64,000 nucleotides of DNA, from NCBI GenBank assembly GCA_026770705.1, contig JANJGN010000026.1, positions 25,234,001 through 25,298,000 of the forward strand, given 5' to 3'. Of this stretch, positions 13,330 through 25,290 are shown one piece after another (the stretch's first letter is position 1; each line of letters opens with the position of its first letter). A program made the translations under genes and the position numbers. This stretch comes from Isurus oxyrinchus (taxonomy: Eukaryota). Under the pieces are notes generated by a model that saw only the letters and a list, made by a program, of their open reading frames with translations, did not search any database and was not told the DNA's origin.

Positions 13330-13710
13330 GCTGGTGTTCCCATCTACCTGCTGCCCTTGTGCTTCTAGGTGGTAGAGGTCGTGGGTTTGGAAGGAGGTGT
13401 CTAAGGACCCTTGGTGAATTCCTGCAGTGTAATATGTAGATGGTACACACTGCTGTTACTGTGCGTCGGTGGTGAAGGGAGTGAATGTTTGTGAATGTGG
13501 TGCCAATCAAGCACCCTACTTTTTTTCTGGATAGTTTCAAGCTTGAGTGTTGTGGGAGATGCACACACCCAGGTAATTGGAGAGTATCCCATCACACTCC
13601 TAACTTTTGCCTTGTAGATGGTGGACAGGCATTGGGGAGTAGGGAGTGAGTTGCTGGTCGCAGGATCCCTAGCCTCTGACCTGCTCTTTAGCCACAGTAT
13701 TTATATGGAT
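13330..13710 (-). mobile_element. L2/CR1-group LINE fragment
   Basis: LIGTTFTNIHSLHHRRTV..HCRNSPR motif; same position as 32640-33040 in the duplicate copy. Confidence 0.8.
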
Positions 13711-14100
13711 AGTTGTGTCCAGCCTTGTGATGATTAAACCAAGCATTGAGCACCCTCAGTGTCTATTCTGTTTATGGATGTCTCCCTCATTCTAGAATGT
13801 ATCCCTTCTCCATTAACCTTGATTTACTGGTGATGTTGAGCAACCAGTGAGGATTGGACAGGGTGTCTTCAGGTATAATTGCCTTTATTGTCTGTCTGGC
13901 CAATCGGAATCTGCAGTTTGTTTGAGTTTCCCGGCCGCTACTGGGAAAAGTTGGGTGACAGTTTGATCCGAGGTTAATTTGATTTCCTCTCGCTGTGTGT
14001 TTCTAAGCGGCTGGCAGTGCTGCTGCGCATTGTAGCTTCATCCACCCGTGATTCTACACAAACCCCAACAGACAGGAGCTCCCACTAACAATGCAAAGGC

Positions 14101-14581
14101 AGTTTTTGTACAGGGGTGAGGCTGATTTTCATCATTGTGAGACTGAAAGCGCAGTAATAGATGGCAGCATCAGTCAGCTGCAGACCTGAGATGGTTAAAC
14201 TGGTGAATTTCTTGGCGATCTGGAGCACTACAGAGAAACAACTTCTCGCAAATTATGCTTTACGTTCATTGTTAGCAATATCCTTCAACAGTACAAACTG
14301 TGGCTCTGTGTCTGGGTGTTGTCGGTACCAGTATAATATATAGCCGCTCCTTGTAGTATCATAGTTACAGTTTAAAGTCACCTCTTCTCCTTCTGTCTTA
14401 ACATCTGATGAGAGTAGCTGAATTGCAGAATCTCCATGAGCCCAGTCTGGAAGAAATATATTAAGACAGAAATGATTGAACTCTCATTGAAACCATGTCT
14501 GGTAAATAAGAGAAAAGATGAAATGTATTCCCTTCACGATTACTTGTCAGGATTGCTGCCCACACAACTGAGTAGCCGCAT
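14101..14581 (-). pseudogene. TCR alpha/delta V pseudogene (V5)
   Basis: 38-nt out-of-phase leader 14581-14544; V exon 14446-14140 reads [30 protein letters not shown](14255-14253)..DAAIYYCAFS. RSS CACAATG-23-ACAAAAACT. Confidence 0.92.
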
Positions 14582-14739
14582 TGTCTCTGTCCACCCTGTC
14601 AAAGATCTGCTCGATATTTGAAGACACCCTTTCTAATGCCTGCCCTCAATAATCTGTTGTCATGTCTCAGGATGTTTGCACGTCACTGCCTGTGTCACCT
14701 GTGGTGCAGCGAGACCGGCAGGTTTTGAGAGAGCAGAGA

Positions 14740-14920
14740 GTCAATGAGCTCGATTGAACGTGGGCGGTCTCGTGTGAGCTCAGAGGCAGGGTGAGCCAGT
14801 GTCAGTGAGACATATTGAATGTGGCGGCCCAGTGTGAGCCAGTGTCAGTGAGAAATATTGAATGTGAGCGGTCCGGTCTTAGCTCAGAGACAGGTTGAGC
14901 CGGTGTCAGTGTGAAACCTC
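14740..14920 (+). repeat. Imperfect ~40-60 bp repeats upstream of single-exon V family members
   Basis: GTGAGCCAGTGTCAGTGAGA.ATATTGAATGTG units; homologous arrays at ~16640-16910 and (minus) ~20905-21000. Confidence 0.6.
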
Positions 14921-15087
14921 GAGCGGATAAATCCTAAGACTCGGCTTCTTTCATTAGTTCGATAAGAAGGCGCCTCTGAGTTGAACGTGAAGCTCCTTGT
15001 TGAATCTTCTAAATATAATATCCATCTCATGCTTCTAATCTGACCTCTTTGGACAATTGCTTCAATGCCATTTTATCGGATCTGATA

Positions 15088-15457
15088 ATGCTGAGAATTC
15101 ACAAAGTCTTTTTGCTGTTTTTCACTCTAATCTTCACAGAGGTGACCGGAGAAGATGAGGTGACGCAGCTCCCTCGATGGATGGTTGTCAGTGAAGTGGG
15201 AATCGCATCCATGAACTGCACCATCACCAGTGTGTTCAGTGCTGTGTACTGATAAAGGCAGCACCAGAATGTGCCACCCCTGCATCTGTTTATGGCCACG
15301 AGAGGATCCGATCAGCACGAGAGAACCACTGTTCAGTCAGTGGAGTTAACAAACTCAGCGCCCTGATTGTGAGGGGCGCTTGGCTTCCTGACACTGCCAC
15401 CTATCTCTGCGCCATGAGATACGGTGTAACAAAAGACTTCAAGCCCAAACAAAAACT
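15088..15457 (+). pseudogene. TCR V pseudogene (V6), leader and V in one exon
   Basis: ATG 15088: MLRIHKVFLLFFTLIFTEVTGEDEVTQ..MNC..AVY* (W41 to TGA, 15250) ..DTATYLCAMR. RSS TACGGTG-22-ACAAAAACT (CAC lost). Confidence 0.9.
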
Positions 15458-15889
15458 AGCAACATGTCCTGGTTCCTCTCCACTGTGTCTGGGGATCGGT
15501 ATTGTGACTGGCACGATTATAAAAATCCGAGGGCAGGTCAATAAGCTCAATTCAAAAATACAGGAGAAACATTTAAATGAAGCCTCAAATAAAGAGATTC
15601 AAATATGGACAGAGCAAAATGAGGGCTAAACATGCAACGTGGAATGATTAAGAGAGACAGGAAAAGCTTTGTTAGAACACTGGACCAGGAAAAGGAGAGA
15701 AAGGCAAGGTGGAACATTGAAAGATAAGCTACAGGAAGCAGGGGACGATGTTTTCACTGTTTTGGCTTCAGTGTCAGGACGTGAACAGCGTCCAGTAACT
15801 TTGTTGAACAAAGGGATTAAGGAAAAATTTACAATAAAGGCATTGCTTTGAAAATGGTGTCACTGTTTTTTATACGTTCTTATATCATT

Positions 15890-16290
15890 GTCAGCCCTGG
15901 TTCAGTTGGTGCTGCACTCTCATCAGAATGACAATGTTCCCGGGATCAATCTCACTCCAGGGCTTAGCGCAAAATTCAATGCTGACACTCAGGTGCATTG
16001 TGGAAGGAGGTGACACCTTTCAGTGAGACATGAAAACAAGACGGCATCTCCCTGCTCCGGTGATTGTTAAATATCTCATGGCACAATTTCCAAGAAGAGC
16101 GTGGGAGTTATCCAATGTTTATCCTCCAGGTCATCTTGTCATTACCACATTTCTGTATGTGGGAGTTTGCCAACTGGAAATTAGCTGTTGAAGTTCCTAC
16201 ATTACAGCAGTGACCCGGCTTTCAAAAATGCTTCAGTGCTGTTAAGTGCTCTGAGGCGTCCATTAATCATGAAACGTGCTAAATAAATGA
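15890..16290 (+). mobile_element. Decayed tRNA-derived SINE
   Basis: A/B-box-like head (TGGTTCAGTTGGT..GGATCAATC) and A-rich tail. Confidence 0.45.
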
Positions 16291-17117
16291 AAACCTTTCC
16301 TTATTTCTTGCTTTGATTATCGTTTTTCCATGCCGTTAATATGGTTGACAAATTGAAAACATCGCAGCCATCCGGGGCTCAAAGTACAAAAGAAAATATT
16401 AGGTTTGAATAATCAAAATCCTCTTCACACAAACAGAGGGTACTCAGTGTGGGATGTGGTTTCATTTAGAAGGTGGGAGAAAAAAAAACACTGACATTGT
16501 TGGATGCCACAATGGAAGATGGGGATTAAGATGTCTCGGGATCAGTGAACCACAACAAGAGGGAATAGCTTTTCTTAATTGTAACAGTCGTGGAAACTGC
16601 AACCTGTGGGAACTTGGATTCAATAAAAGCACCGCGCAGTTGGCAGTAGGAGCCACGTGGAGGGGATGTGAAACTTGAGAAATACTGGTGATCATTGAGC
16701 GAAGATAGTTGGCCTCTGTGACAAACACTGAATGCAGCTGGCTCAGTGAAATCTCAGAGAGTGTGAGCTAGTCTCAGTGAGAAACACTGAGTGTGGGCGG
16801 CCCGGTGTGAGCTCAGAGAGTGTGAGCTGGTATCCTGCAGAAAGACTGAGTGTAAGGTACCGCATGTGAGTTCAGAGGCAATGTAAACTGCCGTTAGTGA
16901 GAAGCACCGACTGGGAGGGATGGGGAAGTGGTGGCCCGGGAGCAGGTATACCCTGAGAACAGGATCTTGCAGTTTTTCTACTCGAAAATACCTCTGAGTT
17001 GGACCTGAAGCCGTTGTTTGGCTGTTTGTTGATCCTTCTGAATCTAATACCCCTGCCCTGGTTCTAAACCGGCCTCTGTAGAGAATTCTTTCCACAAGCA
17101 TTTCATCTTGTCAAATA

Positions 17118-17446
17118 ATGCTACGGATTTACTGAGTTATCGTGCTGGTTTACACACTTCCCTGAACGGACAAATGAAGATGAGGTGGTGCAGCTCCCTG
17201 GGCGGCTGGTTCTCAGTGAAACGGGAATTGTATCCATGAGTTGCACGGCTACCGCTGCTGTCACTGCACTGGGGCAGACGTCATCCGAATCAGCCCTTCC
17301 AACATCTGGTGATGGCTGCAAGTGGGACCGATCAACAAGGAAGGATAACATGAAAGTGAGGGCCGCCTGAGTGACAGAGAGCGCCACCTATCTCTGCGCC
17401 GTGATACCACAGTGTAACAAACAGGTGGAGAGTCCATACAGAAACC
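17118..17446 (+). pseudogene. TCR V pseudogene (V7), single-exon leader-V family
   Basis: ATG 17118 with early TGA; EDEVVQLPGRLVLSETGIVSMSC; internal deletions; ..ATYLCAV. Intact RSS CACAGTG(17408)-23-ACAGAAACC(17438-17446). Confidence 0.88.
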
Positions 17447-17764
17447 TACACCCAGTGGGGGAGCTGCTCTGCTGTGTTTTGGAGTATCCGGTAATAATAA
17501 TAGAAAGCTATAGGAAATGGGCATAAAATAGAAAAATAATGAATGTACAGAGTTCAAAAAGTGTGAAATAAAGAGAATTCGAAACACAGAAAGGGACAAC
17601 TGAAGAGCAAACATAAAAGAAAAATGGGTGAGGGGAAGGGTCGAAAAATTTGCTAAATGAACAAATTTTTCAAAACACGATTAGACTGGAACCCTTTTGG
17701 GAATGAGGTTTAAACTAAGGATTGACTTCTGAAGACGAGCAATGTGAGATATGCCTATGACATT

Positions 17765-17862
17765 GTATGTGTGCGTATGTGCATGTGTGTGTGTGCGTGT
17801 GCGTGCGTGTGTGTGTGTGTGTGTGTGCGTGCGGACGTGTGTGTGTGTGCGTGTGTGTGTGT
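17765..17862. repeat. (GT)n/(GTGC)n microsatellite
   Basis: Direct reading. Confidence 0.9.
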
Positions 17863-19005
17863 GGCCGGTGAGGATAAGACAGAATCCTCACACATTCTCC
17901 TGGCCTGTGGCACAGTTATAAGGGACAAAGCAAAACTGCACAAGAGACTGCTTCCCGGGCCACAGATAGTGATGGTTCACGCTAACAGTGTCAATGGCCA
18001 CAGGTGGCTGATTGAAACCGGACTCTTCTCTGATGCAGGAACTGATGAGGACCCACTGTGCCGAGAGAGGCGGGGCGGGGGCGCCGGGGGCGGCAGGGAG
18101 GCAGGGCAGTGGGGCAGGGGCGGGGCCGGTGGCAGCGGGGGGGGTGGAGAGGGGGGGTGGGGTGGGGGCGAGGGGGAGGTCTCACTGAAGCACAGCTTCT
18201 TTCTTTTGGCTGTGAAATGTTTTGAATTGAAGAAAGTAACTCAGTTTTTGGCCAGGAGGATACAGGTCATGTGAAACAGTTTGTTTGAATCTGCTTTTGA
18301 AAAGCCACACCAGCACATGTTGTTTTTGGGAAGAAGGCAATTTCTCAACTTGGGTAAAATATCCTGAATATGTCAGTTAAAAATCTATAAGGGTAGTTGC
18401 CAAAAAGATGGTTTCATTGTGGAGATTTGGTGAAAATTAAATTAAAGCGAGAGCTTATTCTTTCGGTCTGTCAAATTGTTTGTTCAGTAACAACATAAAT
18501 CATTGTTCTAATATGAAGAGCCCATAAATAACTCCGAAGATTTACGGAATCATACTTCGACCACCAGTTCACTGATCTATCACTAAAAGATCACTGGACT
18601 CACAGTTAGCAGCATCCTGTTGGGAAAGCTGCTAGAATGTAAGAGAAAGAATTAGCACCAGAAAAAGCCAAAATCATTAAAAATCTCATGTTTCCAATCA
18701 CAGTAACCAATCACTGAAGTCTGTCCCCTCCCACCACCCCGCACCCCTACCCCACCCTGACGTACACGGCCCCAAAGTTTCTAACAACGAAACCATTATG
18801 CCTATGAGAACACTGACTGTAGCCCAATTCGATGTGTTTTCACTTACTGACAACCAGATCACCACTTACCAGACTCAGGGTACCACTGAAGATAGAGGAA
18901 AGTGAGGTGAGAGCATCCTGAGACACTGCAACAGATCATTGAGAGTGAGGATGGAAAAGGCAGCCTTCAATATCTAACTCCCCGTTTACAGAGCAGACAG
19001 TGACA

Positions 19006-19442
19006 ATGTGGTGACTCAGCATCTGGGCTGCGTCAGGCAACTGAAGCCTTGAAATATTTCAACTGATGAATTTAGTCGAGGTCTAGAGATCTGGAGAAAA
19101 ACGGACTTTGGCAAAATCTGCAGAAACTCAGGCTGCGTGTCTGGGTGTTGCTGGTAACGGTATAAATTATGTCTGTTCCATGTAGCACCATAGATACAGC
19201 AGAGGAGAGCAACTGACTAATATAATCCCCCATGAGTCATATTTGATAGACAGGGCCCAACAGGAAAAGAATATCACCTCAGGCATGTTTAAAATTCAGA
19301 TTCAATCCATACTTGGGAAATTAGAGGTAAAAGAAAACTTGTTTTGTCCAGATTTACCCTTCAGTAATGATGCCTGCGGTGCATGACTGCGGTCCCTTGG
19401 ACACACAGTTGTGGAAAGCAGTTCCACACCTGCACAAAAAAA
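19006..19442 (+). pseudogene. TCR V pseudogene (V8, V5 family) with internal inversion
   Basis: Leader start (ATG 19006) and AVHDC + RSS CACAGTT(19404)-23-ACAAAAAAA lie on plus. The leader 3' end, intron and most of the V exon (~19032-19374) lie on minus. Confidence 0.8.
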
Positions 19443-20359
19443 AACTGCTTTGGACTGTGTGTCTGAGCTCCCATCTGTTGTCGAGTGTGTGCAATCGCAC
19501 CAATGAAGCATCTCAAACAAGATGCGAGAGGAAACCAAATAAACCCAGAATAACGCTGTTAACAACAGTTTCCAGGAGCGGCCGAGAGAACAAATTTTAG
19601 AATCAAATTGGAGCGACACCACTGATCAATCTGCTAGTTAAACTCTCCTTCCTGTTTCTAACCAACTATTTCTGTCATTATAATCAGTGATCTATGTTCA
19701 GATAATCTCCAAGGTAGAGAGTGCTGAAACTGAAACTCCATTAAACCTGAGCGACAACAGTTTACAGAGCCTGAGACCGGGGTCTCGAGAATGGGACAAT
19801 CCACCGATCGCAAAGTGAATCGGGGAGCTGGAGGGAAGCGAACAAAGGGAAACTGAACAGAATTAGAAGTAAAAACAGAGAAACCAGAGAAAATAAAACG
19901 GATAACTTAGTAAAATGTATTCAATAGAACAATGCAACTGATTGAATGAAAAGAAGATCTGGTCAATGTCCTTGAGTGAGGTTTGTCTCGGTGGATTAGC
20001 TCAGTGCCTGTCTGTCCTCAATGGTTAAATCCGTTTACTTCACCTCCTTTCTCTCTCTTTTCTTCCTATCTCTTTTTACTGTCTCTTTCAATAGTTTTCT
20101 AAACATCTGTCCTGTTCAAGTATTATTACTGCACCTTTTCTCACGCTCTTTTTCGCTACATATTCTGGCTTACGTCTTTACTCTTCCTTTTTCACCGTCT
20201 ATGTTTCCAGCTCTCTTTATTTCTGACTCTCTTTAAATATTTCTTCTATGTTTTCTTTATTTTGGTGCTCATATCTCCTACCTTCAGATCATTTTTTAAC
20301 CGCGCCACTCGCAGTGCTGATAGTCCAAACACAGTAGAGCGGCTCTCCCACTCGGTGCA

Positions 20360-20398
20360 GGTTTCTGTACGAGCTCCCAATATGTTTGTTACACTGTG
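20360..20398 (-). promoter_or_regulatory. 23-spacer recombination signal sequence of V9
   Basis: CACAGTG(20398-20392)-23 nt-ACAGAAACC(20368-20360). Confidence 0.95.
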
Positions 20399-20731
20399 GC
20401 TCGCGGCGCAGAGATAGGTGGCAGTGTCTGTAACTTGGGCATCTCTCAAAGTCAGGACACTGAGTTTGCTGTCTTCAATGATGGAAGCCGTGATCCTCCC
20501 TTGTTGGCCGGTTCCTCTTGTGGCCATCACCAGATGCTGGGGTGGCTGATTCGGGAGCTGTTTGTACCAATATACGATCTTTAACGATCTGGTGCGGGTG
20601 CAGTGCATGGTTGCTATTCCCGCTTCCCTAACGACCACCTGCCCAGGGAGCTGCACCACCTCATCCTTACCGGCCACCTCCGTGTAGATCAGAGTGAAAA
20701 ACAGCCAACAGATTCTGTAAATTCTGATCAT
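20399..20731 (-). CDS. Apparently functional TCR alpha/delta-type V segment (V9), leader and V in one exon
   Basis: Uninterrupted 111 codons MIRIYRICWLFFTLIYTEVAG-KDEVVQ..MHC..YWYKQ..DTATYLCAAS; C23, W41 and C104 are present. Confidence 0.92.
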
Positions 20732-22479
20732 TATCAGATCACCTGAAATACCGGCTGAAACAATTGTCCAGGGATGTCACGTTAGAAGCAGGATATGCTT
20801 ATTATTGTGAGCAGAATTAACAAGAAGCTACACACGGGCTTCAGGTTGAACTCAGGGGCGCCTTATTGTCGAAGTAACATAAGAAGCTTAGTCTTGGGGT
20901 TTACCCGCCCACGCTCAGCGTGTCATACTGACACCAGCTCACACTGTTGTGATCTCGCTCCATTCTGCCCACATTAAATTTTCTCATTGGTTCACACTGC
21001 TCCCTGATGGCATGTGCCGGTAGGTGCGTGAATTCCCGCCAAGCTACAGTACACAACATGGTTAGATAGACAAATTATAACAGTGATTCCCTCCCCCTTA
21101 CAATAGGTCTCTTATCGGCGGAGACCCTACATCTCGCCTTCAACTGTAGCATCCAAGGATTCCAGTGCACTGTCCTTCCACATTCTAGCTGAAGCCTTAT
21201 TCCACATTGCGATCACTCTCAGTGTGACAACAGGAAGATTTGCCCTAAAGTCTCCTTTCATATATTGAAACCGTCAGCTTGCCCACTTGGAAGCAGTGCG
21301 AACTTTTTTTTCAACTATTAACAACATGCCAAATGTAATAGCAACATTGACATCTCATTATAATGAATTACGTTAAACAATATAAAACATCCTATGAATA
21401 TTAAAATATTTTTTGTTTCTACGTGTGTTCCTTTAATGACATTTTCTTCAATAAAGTTACCGAACATTGTTCTCAGTGTGGAATTCGCCCCGACACGGAT
21501 CATAACAATCTGCCACTGCCCTCTGGTGGCAGTGACTGGAACTATAAGGTGCAGCTTTCCAGCACTTGTTAGCCTTCCAGATTCAAGATTGCTTTTAACA
21601 ATATTTCTACAGCATTTTTTTCTTCTTTCTATGTTTTCTCTTTGCATTTTGGATGGAAACTCGAAGGGATGAATCTGCTTTCCTTAAGTACACCTCCGCC
21701 AGAGCTATATTTCGTTTCTTTACTTGCCCCATACACTTTTCCTTTGGGCCACCCCTCCTGTAAACTTTTACCGACCCTGCCAGCCACCGTATCACTGACC
21801 TACGATTTTCTTCTTTATGTATTCCCACCTATACCTGCCTCCGTAATTATTTACAACCTGTTACATCCACAGGTTTTTTCCAGTCCTGATGAATATCATC
21901 GACTAAAATCTGTTTCTGTCTTTCCAAAGCTGCAAACCTGTTGAACTTCTCCAGAGTTTTGTATTTTTACTTCAGACACTATGCAGAACCTGCCGTGCAC
22001 CAGTTAATTTGATCATTCGGTATGATGGAGACCATGCGGCCAATTTAACGTCAATCATTCGCAGATGTTCTAACCTTCCCCCACGGTGGCCCAAATATTT
22101 CCTTGAACTCTGCAGGAGGTCTTCCATTCCAGCTGGGAATTTATTTCACAAATTCGGCACCTTCTGTGAGTAAGAAGTGTTTCTTGATTTGTTCTATTTT
22201 ACCTTTTATGCTTTGAACTCCTGTCCCCCATTTCGACTCAACAATTCAATTTACAGTAAACTTGCGGGATATGTTTTCAATACATAAGCAATATGATACT
22301 GATCTAAGTGCAATTGCAGTCAGGCACTCGGATAGGACGTTGATTGAAACAATGACATGTCCGTCAGCAGTGGGGCACGTGGGTTGGAACCCTTGGGATA
22401 GTTTATTTCATAGAAAGAAGCGGGGGAAGTCACTGAGACATCAAGTGCGGACAGCACGACAATTTCTCGCAGACGGACA

Positions 22480-22758
22480 CTACATAGGATAAAAACAAAA
22501 ACAGAATTACCTGGAAAAACTCAGCAGGTCTGGCAGCATCGGCGGAGAAGAAAAGAGTTGACGTTTCGAGTCCTCATGACCCTTCGACAGAACTTGATTT
22601 CGAAATCAAGTTCTGTCGAAGGGTCATGAGGACTCGAAATGTCAACTCTTTTCTTCTCCGCCGATGCTGCCAGACCTGCTGAGTTTTTCCAGGTAATTCT
22701 GTTTTTGTTTTGGATTTCCAGCATCCGCAGTTTTTTTGTTTTTATCTACATAGGATAA
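22480..22758. mobile_element. Palindromic Penelope-derived insertion with 13-bp TSD
   Basis: ~110-bp near-perfect inverted arms centred on 22601/22602; CTACATAGGATAA at 22480-22492 and 22746-22758. Confidence 0.85.
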
Positions 22759-22811
22759 CACCACCTATTAAAGGCCCTCCCAGAACTTTCTATTTGCTGC
22801 TATTACTATGA

Positions 22812-23088
22812 CCCTCCTGAGGACAGTGGCTGAGTGACAGAATCTCCGTGACTCAGAACAACAGGAAAGATCAAACAGGCGGGCGTTTAACATTCACATT
22901 TGAACCATGTTGGAAATGAGAGGGAAAGCAAAACGTGTTTGACCCTCCACTATCGACATCACCATCATTTCACAAAGTTCAATAATTAGTGATTAGTGCC
23001 ATCAGCAGGAGAATGGGTGTTTTACTCGGAAGGGCATACCTGCTGTGAAGTGTTAGAGTTATCAGGAAAATAAGAGATGGTTCTGCAT
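22812..23088 (-). pseudogene. Truncated TCR V relic (V10)
   Basis: Frameshifted leader 23088-23040 with GTATG donor; V start HGDSVTQPLSS at ~22852-22815, then no further V similarity. Confidence 0.55.
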
Positions 23089-23366
23089 TTGGCTGCCTTT
23101 GTCTGTAACTCTGCAGTAAGCTCCTCTGTCGCAGCAGTAATACAGATTCCCAGTCCCACTCTGATATCTGTGATACTGGAGAGATTGCTGCTGCTATTTC
23201 CTCATTGCCATTCATTGGGTCAGCAGGGCAGAGGGGTGCCATTGCCCTGCCTTTTCCCCATCCCCTTACACATTGTTTCCATTCAAATAATCATCTAATG
23301 CCCTCTTGAATGCCCCGATTGAACCTGCCTACACCACACTTGCAACGGTGCTGCCCCTACCAGGAA

Positions 23367-23591
23367 TGTTATAACTTCTTAACAAAAACAGAATTACCTG
23401 GAAAAACTCAGCAGGTCTGGCAGCATCGGCGGAGAAGAAAAGAGTTGACGTTTCGAGTCCTCATGACCCTTCGACAGAAAGGTCCTTCTCCGCCGATGCT
23501 GCCAGACCTGCTGAGTTTTTCCAGGTAATTCTGTTTTTGTTTTGGATTTCCAGCATCTGCAGTTTTCTTGGTTTTTGTGTTATAACTTCTT
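23367..23591. mobile_element. Second palindromic Penelope-derived insertion with 14-bp TSD
   Basis: Arms nearly identical to 22492-22740; TGTTATAACTTCTT at 23367-23380 and 23578-23591. Confidence 0.85.
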
Positions 23592-24139
23592 GTTGGGTAA
23601 ATGAATAGGTTGAAGAGTCTCCCTGTAATGTTTCTGGTAACAGTCGAGATGATAAATTTCGAGAGCAGTTCTGTCGTATCCTATGCCAGTGAATACTCTC
23701 AGAGCCTCTGGTGATTACTTTTTACTGCATTTCATTCGATTGTCCCTCTTGTGTAGAGATCTGCTCTGATTGGTGGATCACAGTCTCTCCACAGATAACT
23801 ATTGATAAAAAGGTGAAGAAAAATGTTCTAATGGCGAACACTATTCTCCGCAAAGTCCTCACCTAAAATCAAAACCAGAAGCTGTAATTCCATTCATTAA
23901 GTTTTCCTGGTTTCTGCACTCACTGGATCAGGAATATTACTGGAGAATTGATTTAATTGGGATTTACAATCAAAGATATTTTTATGGTGAATAATTTTCA
24001 TATTGTCAACGAAAGCAAGGGAGCAAACCGACGCTGATGTATTTTTTTCCACTGACATGCCCGATGGAGCCAGTTTTCTCATTTTTCCTTTTCAATAAAA
24101 GATACTACTGCCTCCTATAGCTCAGGAAGTGCTGGTGGG

Positions 24140-24290
24140 CCAACTCGGAGTTCTAAAGAATAGTCACATTGGACTCGAAATGCTAACTCCGTTTCTCTCT
24201 TCACAGGTGCTGCCAGAACTGCTGTGTCTTTCCAGAATTTTCTGGTTTTTTTATTTTAGATCTCCAGCATCCAAAGTATTTTACTTTTAT
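24140..24290 (+). mobile_element. Penelope-like terminal fragment
   Basis: GGACTCGAAATGCTAACTC..GGTGCTGCCAGAACTGCTG motif. Confidence 0.6.
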
Positions 24291-24949
24291 ACAAGGATGG
24301 GCATCTATTGTGTCCGATGGGGACTGAGCACATCAATTGGTTTGAAGCTGCGATTTCTGATTACATTAATTGGAGCCCAGAAAATGTTTAGAGCACGCAT
24401 TTGGTTTTGGAAACGAATGTCTTGATATAAAATGGAGAGTTTTTGAGGCCTGTTGTTGTGGCCAGGAATGTACATGGCTTGAGTTGTTGTTGTGTCTTAT
24501 TGACTAATCTCCTCTTCTACAGCAGTAACAAACATCTAATCGGGAAGACTCCCCAGGGAATGGAATGCAAAAGCAACATTTGGATATTTTCAATGAATCA
24601 AATAATTACGATGGAATAGAGCCCCGCCTGGGCGGCTAAATACTTGTTCTTCAAACTTCCTGTAAGTGACCGGCAGAGGGAGATGCACATTGAGAGACAA
24701 GGAGAAATAAAATGAGGGCAAGACAATGGCAGAAACACAAATGGAGGTATAGGGAGAAAGACTGAGTGAGAGGCAGAGAGATAGTTGCAGATGGAGATAT
24801 AGAGAGAAAAACGGGAGGAAAGACAACGATATAAATTAAGGAGAGAGATGGAGATAAGCAAAGAGAAATGACAGGGGGAGAGACATTAAGAGAAATGAGA
24901 GAGAAAGACAGGGAGAATTTAGAGGGAGGCGATGGAGGAATGGAATTGC

Positions 24950-25290
24950 CGCTGGACAAGTAATCCAGAAGCCCAAGGTTTACCCCAAGTAATGCACTGG
25001 GAATGCGGGTTAGAATCCAGCCATGTCAGATGGTGGAATTTGAATTCAATTAAAAAATCTTGAATTTAATGGTGACCATGAAACCATTGCCGATTATCAT
25101 AAAAACTCATCTGGTTCACTATGTCCTTTAGGGAAGGAAATCTGCTGTCCTTACCTGGTCTGGCCTATATGCAACCCCAGGCCCGCAGAAATGTGGTGGA
25201 CCCTTAAATGACTTCTGAACAAGAGCACTTAGGGATGGACAATAAATGCTGGCCCAGCCAGCACCCACATCTCATCAATGAATAAAAAAA
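24950..25290 (+). mobile_element. Deu-like SINE copy
   Basis: Homologous to 7160-7500, embedded in a purine-rich low-complexity tract (24680-25740). Confidence 0.7.

Larger units (their letters stand above)
11455..14742. repeat. Segmental duplication, copy A (inverted relative to 31598-35176)
   Basis: Colinear reverse-complement similarity throughout, including a V gene, its flanks and shared LINE fragments. Confidence 0.9.

Noticed and set aside
23095-23215. Apparent V 3' end on minus (YYC/YFC-like; homologue at 29800-29935)
   Set aside because: Both copies lie immediately upstream of a leader ATG (V10, V13) and lack a credible RSS, so a shared promoter/5'UTR is the simpler reading; a very old V relic is not excluded.
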